NCBI GenBank assembly: GCA_002104945.1
Contig: MCFH01000153.1
Location: 1 to 23,327, forward strand
DNA length: 23,327 bases
From: Piromyces finnis finn
Taxonomy: Eukaryota; Fungi; Neocallimastigomycota
Direction: 5' to 3'
The stretch's first letter is position 1, and each line of letters opens with the position of its first letter. The position numbers and the translations under genes were made by a program. The notes below the pieces were generated by a model. The model searched no databases and was not told the DNA's origin. It saw only the letters and a program-made list of their open reading frames with translations. This document shows positions 1 to 16,261 of this stretch, one piece after another.

Positions 1-945
1 TAATCGGTTGTTGATCATTACACATATAGGCATCACCATTATCACATACACTTTTAACTTTCCAAAGTTCTTCGGTAACAAGAGATACTCCATCTTTACG
101 ACATGCTTTAACTGGCTTACTACCGAACGTTAGCATCCCAAGAACAAGAAGCAACACAACAATCCCAATAGCTGTAGTAACACCTGATTTTCCACCAATA
201 AATCGGGAAGACTACCAACAGAATTACTATTATTGTTATTATTGTTATTGTTGTTTGTATTTGAATTTGGCTTTTGTGTGTTATTATTTTTATTAATATT
301 AAATTATTATTTGTATTTGTATTCCAATTATTATTAATGTTAACGTTATTTGTATTTGTATTACTATTGGCATTATTATTTTTTATTAATATTTGTATTA
401 CCATTATTATTAATCTTGTTATTGATATTAACATTTCCATTAATATTATTATTGTTATTTTGTTAGGATTTTTTGTATTGTATTAACATTGGAATTTACA
501 TTAGCATTATTATTTGTATTTAAATTAGTATTTGTATTTAATATTATTGATATTAAAATTACATTAAAATTTGTATTTGGATTCACGTTTGAGTTGGCGT
601 TAGCATTGGAATTACCTTTCCACCAATTCCATGGATTGAATGCCCAACCATTGAATGCATTATTATTATTATTGATATTTAAATTATTAACATTCATGTT
701 TGGAGAAGCAGCATTAATTCTTTATTATTCCAATTAAATCCACCAAAGAAGGGAAACTAATTTCATTTTCTTTTCAATACACACCAACTATTATTTTCAT
801 ACCCCAATCGCCATCACTATCTGAAGTAACTACTGTTTAGTAGTAGAACAACATGGGTAACCCAATTTAAGTGAAAAACAATCTTTAGCAGTTATTTTGA
901 TACATTTAATCCTGCTAATATTGTTATAAAAATCAATTTCTTCAT
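1..945 (-). CDS. Dockerin (CBM10/NCDD)-GH45 endoglucanase, left copy of the inverted duplication; frameshifted in this assembly and cut off by the window edge
   Basis: Reverse complement of 1293-2234. ATG at 945. Signal peptide [20 protein letters not shown], dockerin, Asn-rich linker, then [15 protein letters not shown] (ORF 120..440) and on to MCNDQQP at position 1. Confidence 0.85.
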
Positions 946-2234
946 TATAGTATTTTTCTTTGTAAAAGAATTTATGATATCAATATATGTATATTAATAA
1001 TGTATACTAATCTAATTATGCCAATTATTTTACTCTCAAAAATTAAAATTTTAAAAAAAAAGAAATTACTCTTAAAAATTAAATTTAAAAAAAAAAAAAA
1101 GAATAATTTTATTTTATATAGAAATAAAAAATTTTGGTTTTTTTTTTTTTAAAAATTTAATTTTTAAGAGTAATTTCTTTTTTTTAAAATTTTAATTTTT
1201 GAGAGTAAAATAATTTGGATAATTAGATTAGTATACATTATTAATATACATATATTGATATTCATAAATTCTTTTACAAAGAAAAATACTATATGAAGAA
1301 ATTGATTTTTATAACAATTAGCAGGATTAAATGTATCAAAAATACTGCTAAAGATTGTTTTTCACTTAAATTGGGTTACCCATGTTGTTCTACTACTAAC
1401 AGTAGTTACTTCAGATAGTGATGGCGATTGGGGTATTGAAAATAATAGTTGGTGTGGTATTGAAAAGAAATGAAAATTAGTTTCCCTTCTTGTGGATTTA
1501 ATTGGAATAATAAAGCAATTAATGCTGCTTCTCCAAACATGAATGTTAATAATTTAAATATCAATAATAATAATAATGCATTCAATGGTTGGGCATTCAA
1601 TCCATGGAATTGGTGGAAAGGTAATTCCAATGCTAACGCCAACTCAAACGTGAATCCAAATACAAATTTTAATAGTAATTTTAATATCAATAATAATATA
1701 AATACAATACTAATTTAAATACAAATAATAATGCTAAGTAAATTCCAATGTTATACTAATACAAAAAATCCTAACACAAATAACAATAATAATATTAATG
1801 GAAATGTTAATATCAATAACAAGATTAATAATAATGGTAATACAAATATTAATAAAAATAATAAGCCAATAGTAATACAAATACAATAACGTTAAATTAA
1901 TAATAATTGGAATACAAATACAAATAATAATGTTAATATTAATAAAAATAATAACACACAAAAGCCAAATTCAAATACAAACAACAATAACATAATAACA
2001 ATAAGTAATTTCGTTGGTAGTTTTCCCGATGTATTGGTGGAAAATCAGGTGTTACTACAGCCTATTGGGATTGTTGTGTTGCTTCTTGTTCTTGGGATGC
2101 TAACGTTTCGGGTAGTAAGCCAGTTAAAGCATGTCGTAAAGATGGAGTATCTCTTGTTACCGAAGAACTTTGGAAAGTTAAAAGTGTATGTGATAATGGT
2201 GATGCCTATATGTGTAATGATCAACAACCGATTG
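1..2234. repeat. Long inverted repeat (palindrome): arms 1-1100 and 1138-2234, 37-bp spacer 1101-1137
   Basis: Position 2 (aatcggttgttgatcattacac...) is the reverse complement of the sequence ending at 2233. The arms match inward to the A/T runs flanking the spacer and differ mostly by 1-2 bp indels. The left arm probably continues beyond the window. Confidence 0.97.
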
Positions 2235-2670
2235 TAATTAATGAAAAACTTTCATATGGTTTTGCTGCTTCTCATGATCCATGTTGTTCTTGTCAAAGAC
2301 TTCAATTTACTTCTGGTCCAATTAAGGGAAAACAAATGATTGTTCAAATTACTAATACTGGTTCTGATGTTGGTACTAATCATTTTGATATTCAAATTCC
2401 AGGTGGTGGTGTTGGTATTTTCAATGGTTGCTCAAAACAATGGGGTGCGCCAAATGATGGTTGGGGCAGACGTTATGGTGGTGTAACAACAAAATCTGAA
2501 TGTAGTCAACTTCCATCCCAGTTAGAGCCGGTTGTGAATGGAGATTTGGATGGTTTGGTAGTTCTGATAATCCAAATGTTGTTATGAACGTGTTCAATGT
2601 CCAAAGGAACTTACTAGGATTTTCTGGTTGTGTTCTTCCAGATGATGCTAAGCAAAAGAAAGTTGTTTAA
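1293..2670 (+). CDS. Secreted cellulosomal GH45 endoglucanase: signal peptide, one fungal dockerin (CBM10), long Asn-rich linker, GH45 domain; several 1-bp frameshifts in this assembly
   Basis: Consensus of both arms: [20 protein letters not shown], then [38 protein letters not shown] (dockerin C..GYPCC..D.DG.WG.EN..WCG). GH45 motifs [16 protein letters not shown] and [39 protein letters not shown], then [18 protein letters not shown]; TAA at 2668-2670. No introns seen. Confidence 0.92.
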
Positions 2671-3680
2671 ATTTTTATTTAATTAAAAATTGTAATATTT
2701 TTATTAAAAAATTTAATATTTCTTTCAGATTTCAAATACTTACAGTATTATATATTTTTTTTATTTATATATATATATATTTAATAATAATTAATAATTT
2801 ATAACTAAAAATAAATATAAATAAAATTTTGTAAATAAAGAAATTATTTAATAATTAAAAATTAGTATTTTTAATAACATATATTAATGTTTTGTTAATA
2901 TTCATGTCATAAAATATTATACTAAAAATCTAACCCATAATCAATATTTGAATGGTAATAAAAATCTGTTTAAATCTAAATATCATAATACTATATTAAC
3001 GCTGTATAGCCAATCAATTTTAAAGTAATAACCCAATTGATGTTTATTGAACTTTAAGAAAAAAAAAATAAAATTTATTTTATTTAACTCTCTTAAAAAA
3101 AAATAAAATTATATTATTAATTATAATAAAAGAAATAAAAGGAAAAAAAATAGATATAATAGAGATAATGTTATGATTTTGTATTATTATATCTATAAAA
3201 AAATAAAAAGTTTATACCCCTTGGTTTTCAAGCCGTTCAATAAATGCACTATTTTGAAATGGCTCAGTTCTTGCTTGGGAATAAAAACAACAATATTTAT
3301 AAGATTTTTTGATAGTTTTAAATATATAACTATTAAAATTAAAATATTGTTAACATTTTTTATAAGAAAAAATAATTATTTTTGAAACAGAAAAAAATAA
3401 TATAAGTATTAATTATAGATAATAATTTTATACTATAATTTGAATAATATTTATATTATAAATATATGAATACAGAAATATTAAAATAAAATAATGATAA
3501 TAAAAAAAGTAAGCCAAAAATTAGTTTTAATGTAAAGAAAATTTTGAGTGGTATCATAAATTTTATTTGCTGTATAAAAATTATTATAAAAAATTTTTTT
3601 ATTCTCTTAGTATTTTTGACTTATGTAAAAATTAATAAAATAATTGTTTAGTTGATTTTATAAAAGTTTTTTTAATTATA

Positions 3681-8876
<5,196 letters not shown>

Positions 8877-9273
8877 CGTCAAATATTAAATAATTAAATA
8901 AATAATTAATTAATTATTTAATAATAATAATAATAATTTAGTGATAATCATTTATAGGAAATAGCAAAAGAAATTAATTTAAAAAGTTGGTTTTATTAAT
9001 TATATGGAAATATGTGTATAAATTAATTTAAAATAAAAAATATGTTAAAAAGAACATTTAAGTTTTTTTTTTTATAGACTTGAAAATGTGTAATTTTATT
9101 TATTAATAATTTAATCAAAGTACACTATATTTATACAAATCGATCATCGTGTAAAAGTCACAAATTACAATTCGGAGGAATTCCGCAAGTTCCACAACAT
9201 AAGAACACGGAAAAGAAGACTCGGAGAAGAAGATTGAAAAATATTATTAATTAATTGTCTTCTTTACCCTACC

Positions 9274-10150
9274 TTTTTTTTTTAGACTAGAAAGAGAATA
9301 CACTTCTTCTTGTATCTATTTATTTAATTTGTGATTTTACATTATATTAAGTAATAATACATATTAATATAATAAAAAATCAATAAAAATATTAAAATAT
9401 ATATAGATAAAGATATAAATATAAGATAAAATAAAATTATTATTTAATTTGTAAAAAAGTTCAATGAACTCTGCAAGTTGTACTGTGTGGGATTGATCCC
9501 TACCTAATAAATTAAATGAAATAAAAAAGAGAAGTAGCATCAGGTGTCTTACTAAGCCTATCAAAAAGTAGCTTCATAGAGCTACTAATGATAGGGATTG
9601 TTTTAGTAAGAAAAGCCGCGGGACCTTCTACATATGGAACATGAGACCCCGATGAACTGTAAGGCTGTTCATTCAAATGTCTTTATTCCGCCTTATCGAT
9701 TTATAGCCCATCATAAGCTAAAATTACACTAAGAAGAAGTAAAAATATAGTTATTAATAATTTACTTCCATTTCAAGGAGTAAGCAAGTAATGAATTGAT
9801 TCTTATATTTAATTAAAAAAAAAAAGAGTAAAAAAATTGTCAGGAAAGCGAAAAAGTTCTGTATTCAGAGAATACAGAACATTCTAAAATCCATGCAGAC
9901 ATGAGGGCAATTCTGGTAATGTTTTCATAACCGCATCGAATATGAATAATCCAAGTAATTCCTAAATTTAAGTGAGGTTTGTTGAAACCGATATGCATCA
10001 GGTAATTCGAATTAAGAAATTTATTGGTAGTATATCTGAGGGCTTTACTTCCATTACTTAGGTTATTTTATTCTAATAACGCTTTCTAATATCTTTAGTA
10101 CTTTTATTATTTATTCTCATAAGTTTTTTATGCAATAAACAAGAATCATT
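9274..10150 (-). mobile_element. Degenerate 5'-truncated LINE, family B copy 1 (C-terminal ORF region plus 3' UTR)
   Basis: Minus-strand translation LHKKLMRINNKSTKDIRKRY*..SKALRYTTNKFLNSNYLMHIGFNKPHLNLGITWIIHIRCGY..AWILECSVFSEYR aligns with the family A ORF (TLDKKLKK..FYW..SIKAQYYDDNKF..GFYWLLKARSGY..HWLLDCPTFRDIR). 9453-9888 is a DNA-level repeat of 10416-10994. The poly(A) at 9274-9283 (T10) and both boundaries are tentative. Confidence 0.75.
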
Positions 10151-10248
10151 TAAAATGTTCAACAACTTTAAATAAACAATTATTGAAAATTAATGAAGAT
10201 ATTTGAACAATTAAATTTTACTAAATTATTTTTTTTTTTCATAGAATC

Positions 10249-10994
10249 TTTTTTTTAACGTCATTAATTTAATGAAAATTATAATACATGTTATAAAAAA
10301 GCAAAATTAAAAATAAAAATAAAAAAATAAAAATAATATATGTTTAAATAAACACAAATGAATAAAAATTGGGTATAATGTATTCTAGTAATTTTAAAAT
10401 AATTATTAAAGTTGCATAAAAGTTCAATGAACTCTGAAATTCGTATTGTGTGAGATTGGTCCCTACCTAATAAATTAAATGAAATAAAAAAGAGAAGTAA
10501 AATCAGGTATGATAGTGTGGTGTCCACTAAACTCTCCCATGAGTTCATAATGTTTTCATTCGAAGAAATACTAACATTGAACCCTGTGTACGGAACATTA
10601 GGAATGTTCCTTTGTCATATCGGTATAACGTCGGCGCTCTTGATTACGTTAGGTGTCTTACTAAACCTATCAAAAAGTAGCTTCATAGAGCTACTAATGG
10701 TAAGGATTGTTTTAGTAAGAAAAGCCGCGGGACCTTCTACATATGGAACATGAGACCCCGATGAACTGTAAGGCTGTTCATTCAAATGTCTTTGTTCCGC
10801 CTTATCGATTTGTAGCTAAAGTTCTACCAAGAAGGAACGTAAAAATATAGTTATAAATTGTTTTTCTCACTTTCGTTTCAGGGAGTAAGTAAGTGATGAA
10901 TTGATTTTTGTATTTATTTTGAAAAAGAGTAAAAAGATCGTCAAGAAAGCTGAGTGAAGAAGCTCTGTATTCAGAGAATACAGGGCATTCTAAA
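10249..10994 (-). mobile_element. 5'-truncated LINE family B copy 2, carrying a family-A-type 3' terminus
   Basis: Translation IFTFLLG.RTL..E*TAL..VPYVEGPAAFLTKTILTISSSMKLLFDRFSKT matches the A C-terminus IFKFLLGGRSF..EWKEL..APFLTVTAELLTKIMPFAIGQQWSMFKRFEAT. 10263-10396 matches the A 3' UTR (11531-11657). T8 tail at 10249-10256. Confidence 0.8.
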
Positions 10995-11456
10995 TTTTTT
11001 TTTTTTTTTTTTTTTTTTTTAATGGCATCAAATATTTTTAAACTTTTCTATTAATTTAATTAAAATTATAATACATGTTATAAAAAAGCAAAATTTAAAA
11101 TAAAAATAAAAAAATATGTTTAAATAAACACAAATGTATTCTAGTTTATACTATTTGATTTCCAATGGGACAACGAGCCAAAGATTAATATTTTATCATA
11201 GGACAAAATTATGATCTCCATTGGTTGCGTTGGCCCTGCTGGCCTGTCTTACTGTTTCTTCAGCATTGACGCTCTTGGATGTTGCTTCAAACCTTTTGAC
11301 CATTGACCATTGCTAGCCAATAGCAAAAGGCATGATTTTGGTTAGAAGTTCCGTGGTTACCGTCAAGAATGGTGTTCCTTCGTTAGTGCCAGATTGAATC
11401 TGACGCTTACAAAGTTCTTTCCATTCCCTTGAATTGTAATTGATATTGTTAAAACT

Positions 11457-11460
<4 letters not shown>
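10995..11460 (-). mobile_element. Older family A LINE copy, 3' part (poly(A), 3' UTR, last ~85 codons)
   Basis: T26 at 10995-11020. 11021-11460 matches 11503-12007; I count 9 substitutions over the ~250-bp coding part, plus UTR deletions. Confidence 0.93.
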
Positions 11461-11505
<45 letters not shown>

Positions 11506-11742
11506 GGCATCAAATATTTTAAACTTTATTATTAATTTAATTAAAATTATAATACATGTAATAAAAAATTAAAAAATAAAAATAAAAATAAAAAAAATAT
11601 GTTTAAATAAACACAAATGAATAAAATTTGGGTATAATGTATTCTAGTAATTTTAATTAAAGTAAGAAAGCCACTATCATACTAAAGTATAATAATTGTA
11701 TTTGACTTCCAATGGGACACCGAGCCAAAGATCAAAATTTTG

Positions 11743-14700
11743 TCATGGAACAAAATTATGATCTCCATTGGTTGCGCTGGCCCTCCTGGCCTGTCTTACT
11801 GTTTCTTCAGCATTGACGCTCTTGGATGTTGCTTCAAACCTTTTGAACATTGACCATTGCTGGCCAATAGCAAAAGGCATGATTTTGGTTAGAAGTTCCG
11901 CGGTTACCGTCAAGAATGGTGCTCCTTCATTAGTACCAGATTGAATCTGACGCTTACAAAGTTCTTTCCATTCCCTTGAATTGTAATTAATATTGTTAAA
12001 ACTTCTTCCCCCAAGAAGGAATTTAAATATTTTACTGCACACACTAGAATAATCATACACATTAATATTCACCGGATTATTAGAACTATTACTATCATTA
12101 ACTAAATTACTATCTAAATTAGAATTATTATCTTCACTATTGCTATCATTACTAATATTATTATTTCTATTATTGTTATTATTACTATTGTTACTATTAC
12201 TATTGTTACTATTACTATTGTTATTACTACTATTGTTACTATTACTATTAATGTTATTACTATCTCTACTGATATTATCAATTTCATTATTATTGATAGG
12301 ACTATTGGAATTACGTTGACTGAAAAAATTTAATAGCTGGACTATGGAATCATAATGTTTAATACGGATATCTCTAAATGTTGGACAATCTAATAACCAA
12401 TGTTTAATACTTTGATCTCCACACTTGCAACATGGACAGTAGTTAGGACAAACTGGATCAACAAATTTGGCAGCTTTGGCAACTCTAGCATCCAACTTGT
12501 ATCCGCTTCTTGCTTTCAATAGCCAGTAGAAGCCATAGGCAAACTCTGGGTACTCATAACATAATTTAATAAAATCTTTAGTTTCAATAAATTTATTATC
12601 ATCATAATATTGCGCTTTGATTGAATTCCCTTTGAGATCTTTCCAATAAAAGTTTTTAACTGCTTTAACATCTCCATGTTTCTTTAATTTTTTATCAAGT
12701 GTCCTACTTGATTTGCACCACGTGTATTTTCTAAATTTAGGAATGTAATTGACAAGGTGTGAGATAATACAATTTGAGTTTTTCCATTTGTTAAAACATC
12801 TAACCTGAGCTAACGCACATTTGGCTGACAGTGGAGGAATATTCAAATCTTTTGAAATAGAGTATAAAGATATAAACGATACAGCTTTATGAACTCCGGC
12901 AACCCATCGTATTCCTTTGTTAACATGCTTCTGAGCAATTCTAGACCTAGCTTTGTTGGATCCAAGTAATGGTGCAAAGTATGAAACTCTGCTAATCACT
13001 TGTGAGTTAAGTACTAGTTTTTTGAAAGGAATAGGAATATTAGGATTTCTTAAGAATTTACTGACTGAGAAAAGCCCTTTCAAAACCTTGTTATTAAGAG
13101 CTTTAATTACTGGTTTAAGGGACAGATTCTTATCAAATGGAACACCAAGATAAGTATAGCAATCAGTAGTTGGAATGGGTTGTCCTGCTAAGTAAAATGT
13201 TGGATCTCTCTTGTTCTGATTTTCTATTGATTCAGGACGAATCACCATCGTTGAACATTTCTGGATACCAAATTCCATTTCATTATACAAGGCCCATTCA
13301 TTAACTCTTCTAAGCATCTTTTTTAAGCATCCTCTTGTTGGAGCACAAATAACTATATCATCTGCAAAAAGTCCACCACAGCATCGAGTGTCACCTAAAC
13401 TGACTCCTAGATCTTCGCACTCTCTAAATATATCATTAATAAAGAGATTAAAGAGAATAGGAGAAAGAGGGCAACCTTGACGGACTCCTTTCTTCACATC
13501 AAAAGATTTCGAGAATTGTCCATCTAATTTGACATTAGCCTTAGATGTTAAATATAAATTTTTGATAAATTGTAGACTCTTACCTCGGATTCCTAAACAA
13601 TCTAATTTATGGAGAATATTACCGATTGGGACTGAATCGTATGCTTTCCTGAGATCTAAAAAGGCCAAATATGTCTCTTTATTATCTAATTGACGTCTAC
13701 GGCATATTTCTTGGATTGAAATGAAAAGACTAATACTTTCTTCCTTTTTTCGAAAACCAAATTGTTCAGGTCTAATGAAATTATTCTTTAAACCATATTC
13801 TGAGATTCTAGTGGTGACAATTTTGGAAATCAACTTAATACCATTATTGATAAGTGATATACCTCGATAGTTATCACAATCTGTCAAATCTCCCTTCTTA
13901 GGAATAGAAACAATACTGGATTCATTCCATGAGTTGGGGAAATCTCCATCCCAAATACGGTTGAATAATTTAAGAATAAAATTTAAACCATGAGCATCAT
14001 TATCTGAAGTAGCATTACCAGAAGAATTATTATCTGTAGCATTATTAGAATCATTACTTGATGGAACTAATGCTTTGTAAAATTCAATTGGAATACCATC
14101 CGGACCTGATGCTTATAATTTGGAGTAGTGAGGATAGCTGACTTGACTTCATCAATACTAATATCTTGGTTGATATCCCACTCATCAAGCATAGGAAGTG
14201 AAAAACGTTTATTCGTTGGTTCTTCATACCAATGCTCCAAATCAAGACTTATACCACTTGGGTCTGATGCAAGATTTTCGAAATGATCATGCCACACATC
14301 TAGTTGTTCTTCTGTAGCAACAACTAATTCTCCATTTTTATTTTTAATTGGTTGAGCAATAAAGAAAGAATCTTTTCCAATTTTTGCAGTTTTCTTGATC
14401 CATTTCCAGGCCTTCTTAGGATTATGACTCTTCATATACTCACATCCTGTTTTAATCCAATGAAGATATTCTTGCTTCCTAAATTCATTACATCTTTTGT
14501 GGATGTAATCAATGAGTTTACGGTAGATTTTAATTCTTTTAATAAATTCATCTATATCATAAATTCTTTCTTTTTTAAATCTCTTATACAACTTCATTTT
14601 GATTTTTTGAAGATTAAAAATTTGTTGTGAAATATGAAATGAAGACTTTATAACATTATTTGCTGAAGTAATACTGAGCTCGTCTGCAATTGAAAAAGCA

Positions 14701-16261
14701 GTTGAAGTAAACTCTTTGGAAAGTTCATCTGTAGAAACATTAGGATCGTTGAATTTTGCTGAAAGTATTTGGAATTTATTATGACTGAGAATAGATTCCT
14801 TTTCCTCAATACATTTTAATCTATTCCATTTCAGAATTTTCTTAGGAACATTAAAGTCATTAGAAAAATCTTCCATAGGAATAATTTTACCATTAATAAG
14901 AAGTGGCTTATGGTCTGACACAGGATAAAAATTATTTATAAATGATCCTGAGTGAATAAGATCTTTCATCTTCGAATTGATAAGAGCATGGTCAATGTCG
15001 GAAGATTGATCACCTCGAGTCCAAGAGATAGTAGACCCTCTAAGCGGAAGAATTTCCCAATCTCCTAATCCATTAGTTGATAACCAGTTGGATAATTTTA
15101 CTTTAGACATATTAAAATCACCAACAAGAATCGATGGATGGGATGAATGAGTTTGTAACCACAAGCGAACTTCTAACTTTGCATGATCAACATAGATGTT
15201 GTGATGACTATGAGGCATATAAACATTTCCAATCGAGCATTTGAATCTATTCCAGAGACTAAAAGTATAAATAGAAATAATATACTTTCCAGAGAAGTTT
15301 TCAAGTGAGGCTTGACACGAATTGTGAAAACCTAAATATAAACCTCTCATTCCTGGAACTGATTCGTCAGCTTTCTTGAAAAAGTGTCTATAGTTTCGCA
15401 AAGTAACACGACAAGGATAATCTGTATTCGAACCAGAACCATTACCAGTTTCTTGGAAACATAAAAATAATGGTTTGAAAATAGCTGTGAAATAGCTAAT
15501 ACTATCTCTCTTTTCGTGATTCCACCCATTGGTGTTCCAACTAAGACAAAAAGAAAGTTATCAGGCTTGTTGGATGAGGAAGAATCGTTGCTATTATTAT
15601 TATTATTAAAGTCATCGTTATTAATGGATGATGCATCAGAGGAATAAGTAGAACTATTACTAGATGGCTGTGAAACTGAAGAACTATCAACTATTGAACT
15701 GTTATCAGAGTTGATAGAGCTATTAGAATTAATTGTTGAATGTTGAGATTGAAATGTGTTTGCTGTAGATCTGGAATATTTTCATGATTGGAAACTTGTT
15801 GAAGATCTTGTTGAAGATCTAGTTGAAGATCGGATTGTTGATGAGATGTTGAACTGATTGTTGAAATGATTGTTGAATAGAATGTTGATGTTTATTAGAA
15901 ACTAAAATTTTACGTTTGAGAGTGGGAAAAAGTGTATTTGTGATTCCTTCTACTACGAGCTGAAAAGGAAATTGAGGTAACTGAAAGTTTCTTCTTTAAC
16001 ATGTGTAAGATTTTAATACAATCTTTCGATGAACCATGAACCTTGACTAAGAAAAAGTGATCATTGAAAGTCTGAAATATTTAACACTAATAACTGAATT
16101 AAATTTATCTTCTAGAATAACCTCGAGTTTTTCCCATAGCATATTTACTGACCATGATCGAATACCACGGATAAAGAAGGAGCGAATATCATTTAAGGGA
16201 TACCATAAGACCGGGTACCACGTCTGATATAATTCTTGTCTTTAATATAAAGGACTGACAT
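11743..16261 (-). CDS. LINE polyprotein: N-terminal domain, Q/S/N-rich linker, APE endonuclease, reverse transcriptase, CCHC-type zinc motif; 1-bp frameshifts at ~14112 and in 15540-16200
   Basis: APE motifs SWNTNGW, LCFQET, GNVYMP, ILVGDFN, SDIDHALIN, SDHKPL. RT motifs SGPDGIP, NYRGISL, FLDLRKAYDSV, GVRQGCPLSPILFN, LFADD, YTYLGV. Zinc motif CPCCKCGDQSIKHWLLDC. TGA at 11743-11745. The ATG at 16261 (MSVLYIKDK) is inferred. Confidence 0.9.

Noticed and set aside
274-737. Hydrophobic ORFs 274..486, 489..737, 1406..1690 and 1734..1961
   Set aside because: Antisense or off-frame shadows of the Asn-rich GH45 linker (AAT codons read as ATT/TTA).
3173-3385. 70-aa ORF upstream of APEH
   Set aside because: Non-ATG start, composition typical of AT-rich non-coding DNA, and no motif.
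9125-9237. Short, more GC-rich open stretch IQIDHRVKVTNYNSEEFRKFHNIRTRKRRLGEED* on the plus strand
   Set aside because: Looks like a coding C-terminus or transposon scrap, but there is no start, no partner exon and no recognisable motif.
9364-10753. ORFs 9364..9564, 10291..10548 and 10517..10753 as independent genes
   Set aside because: They are read-through or antisense frames of the degenerate family B LINE 3' ends.
10985-10994. TSD for the older A copy (flank GCATTCTAAA)
   Set aside because: No convincing second copy near 17414-17510 or 16400-16460; only 5-6 bp AT-rich matches expected by chance.
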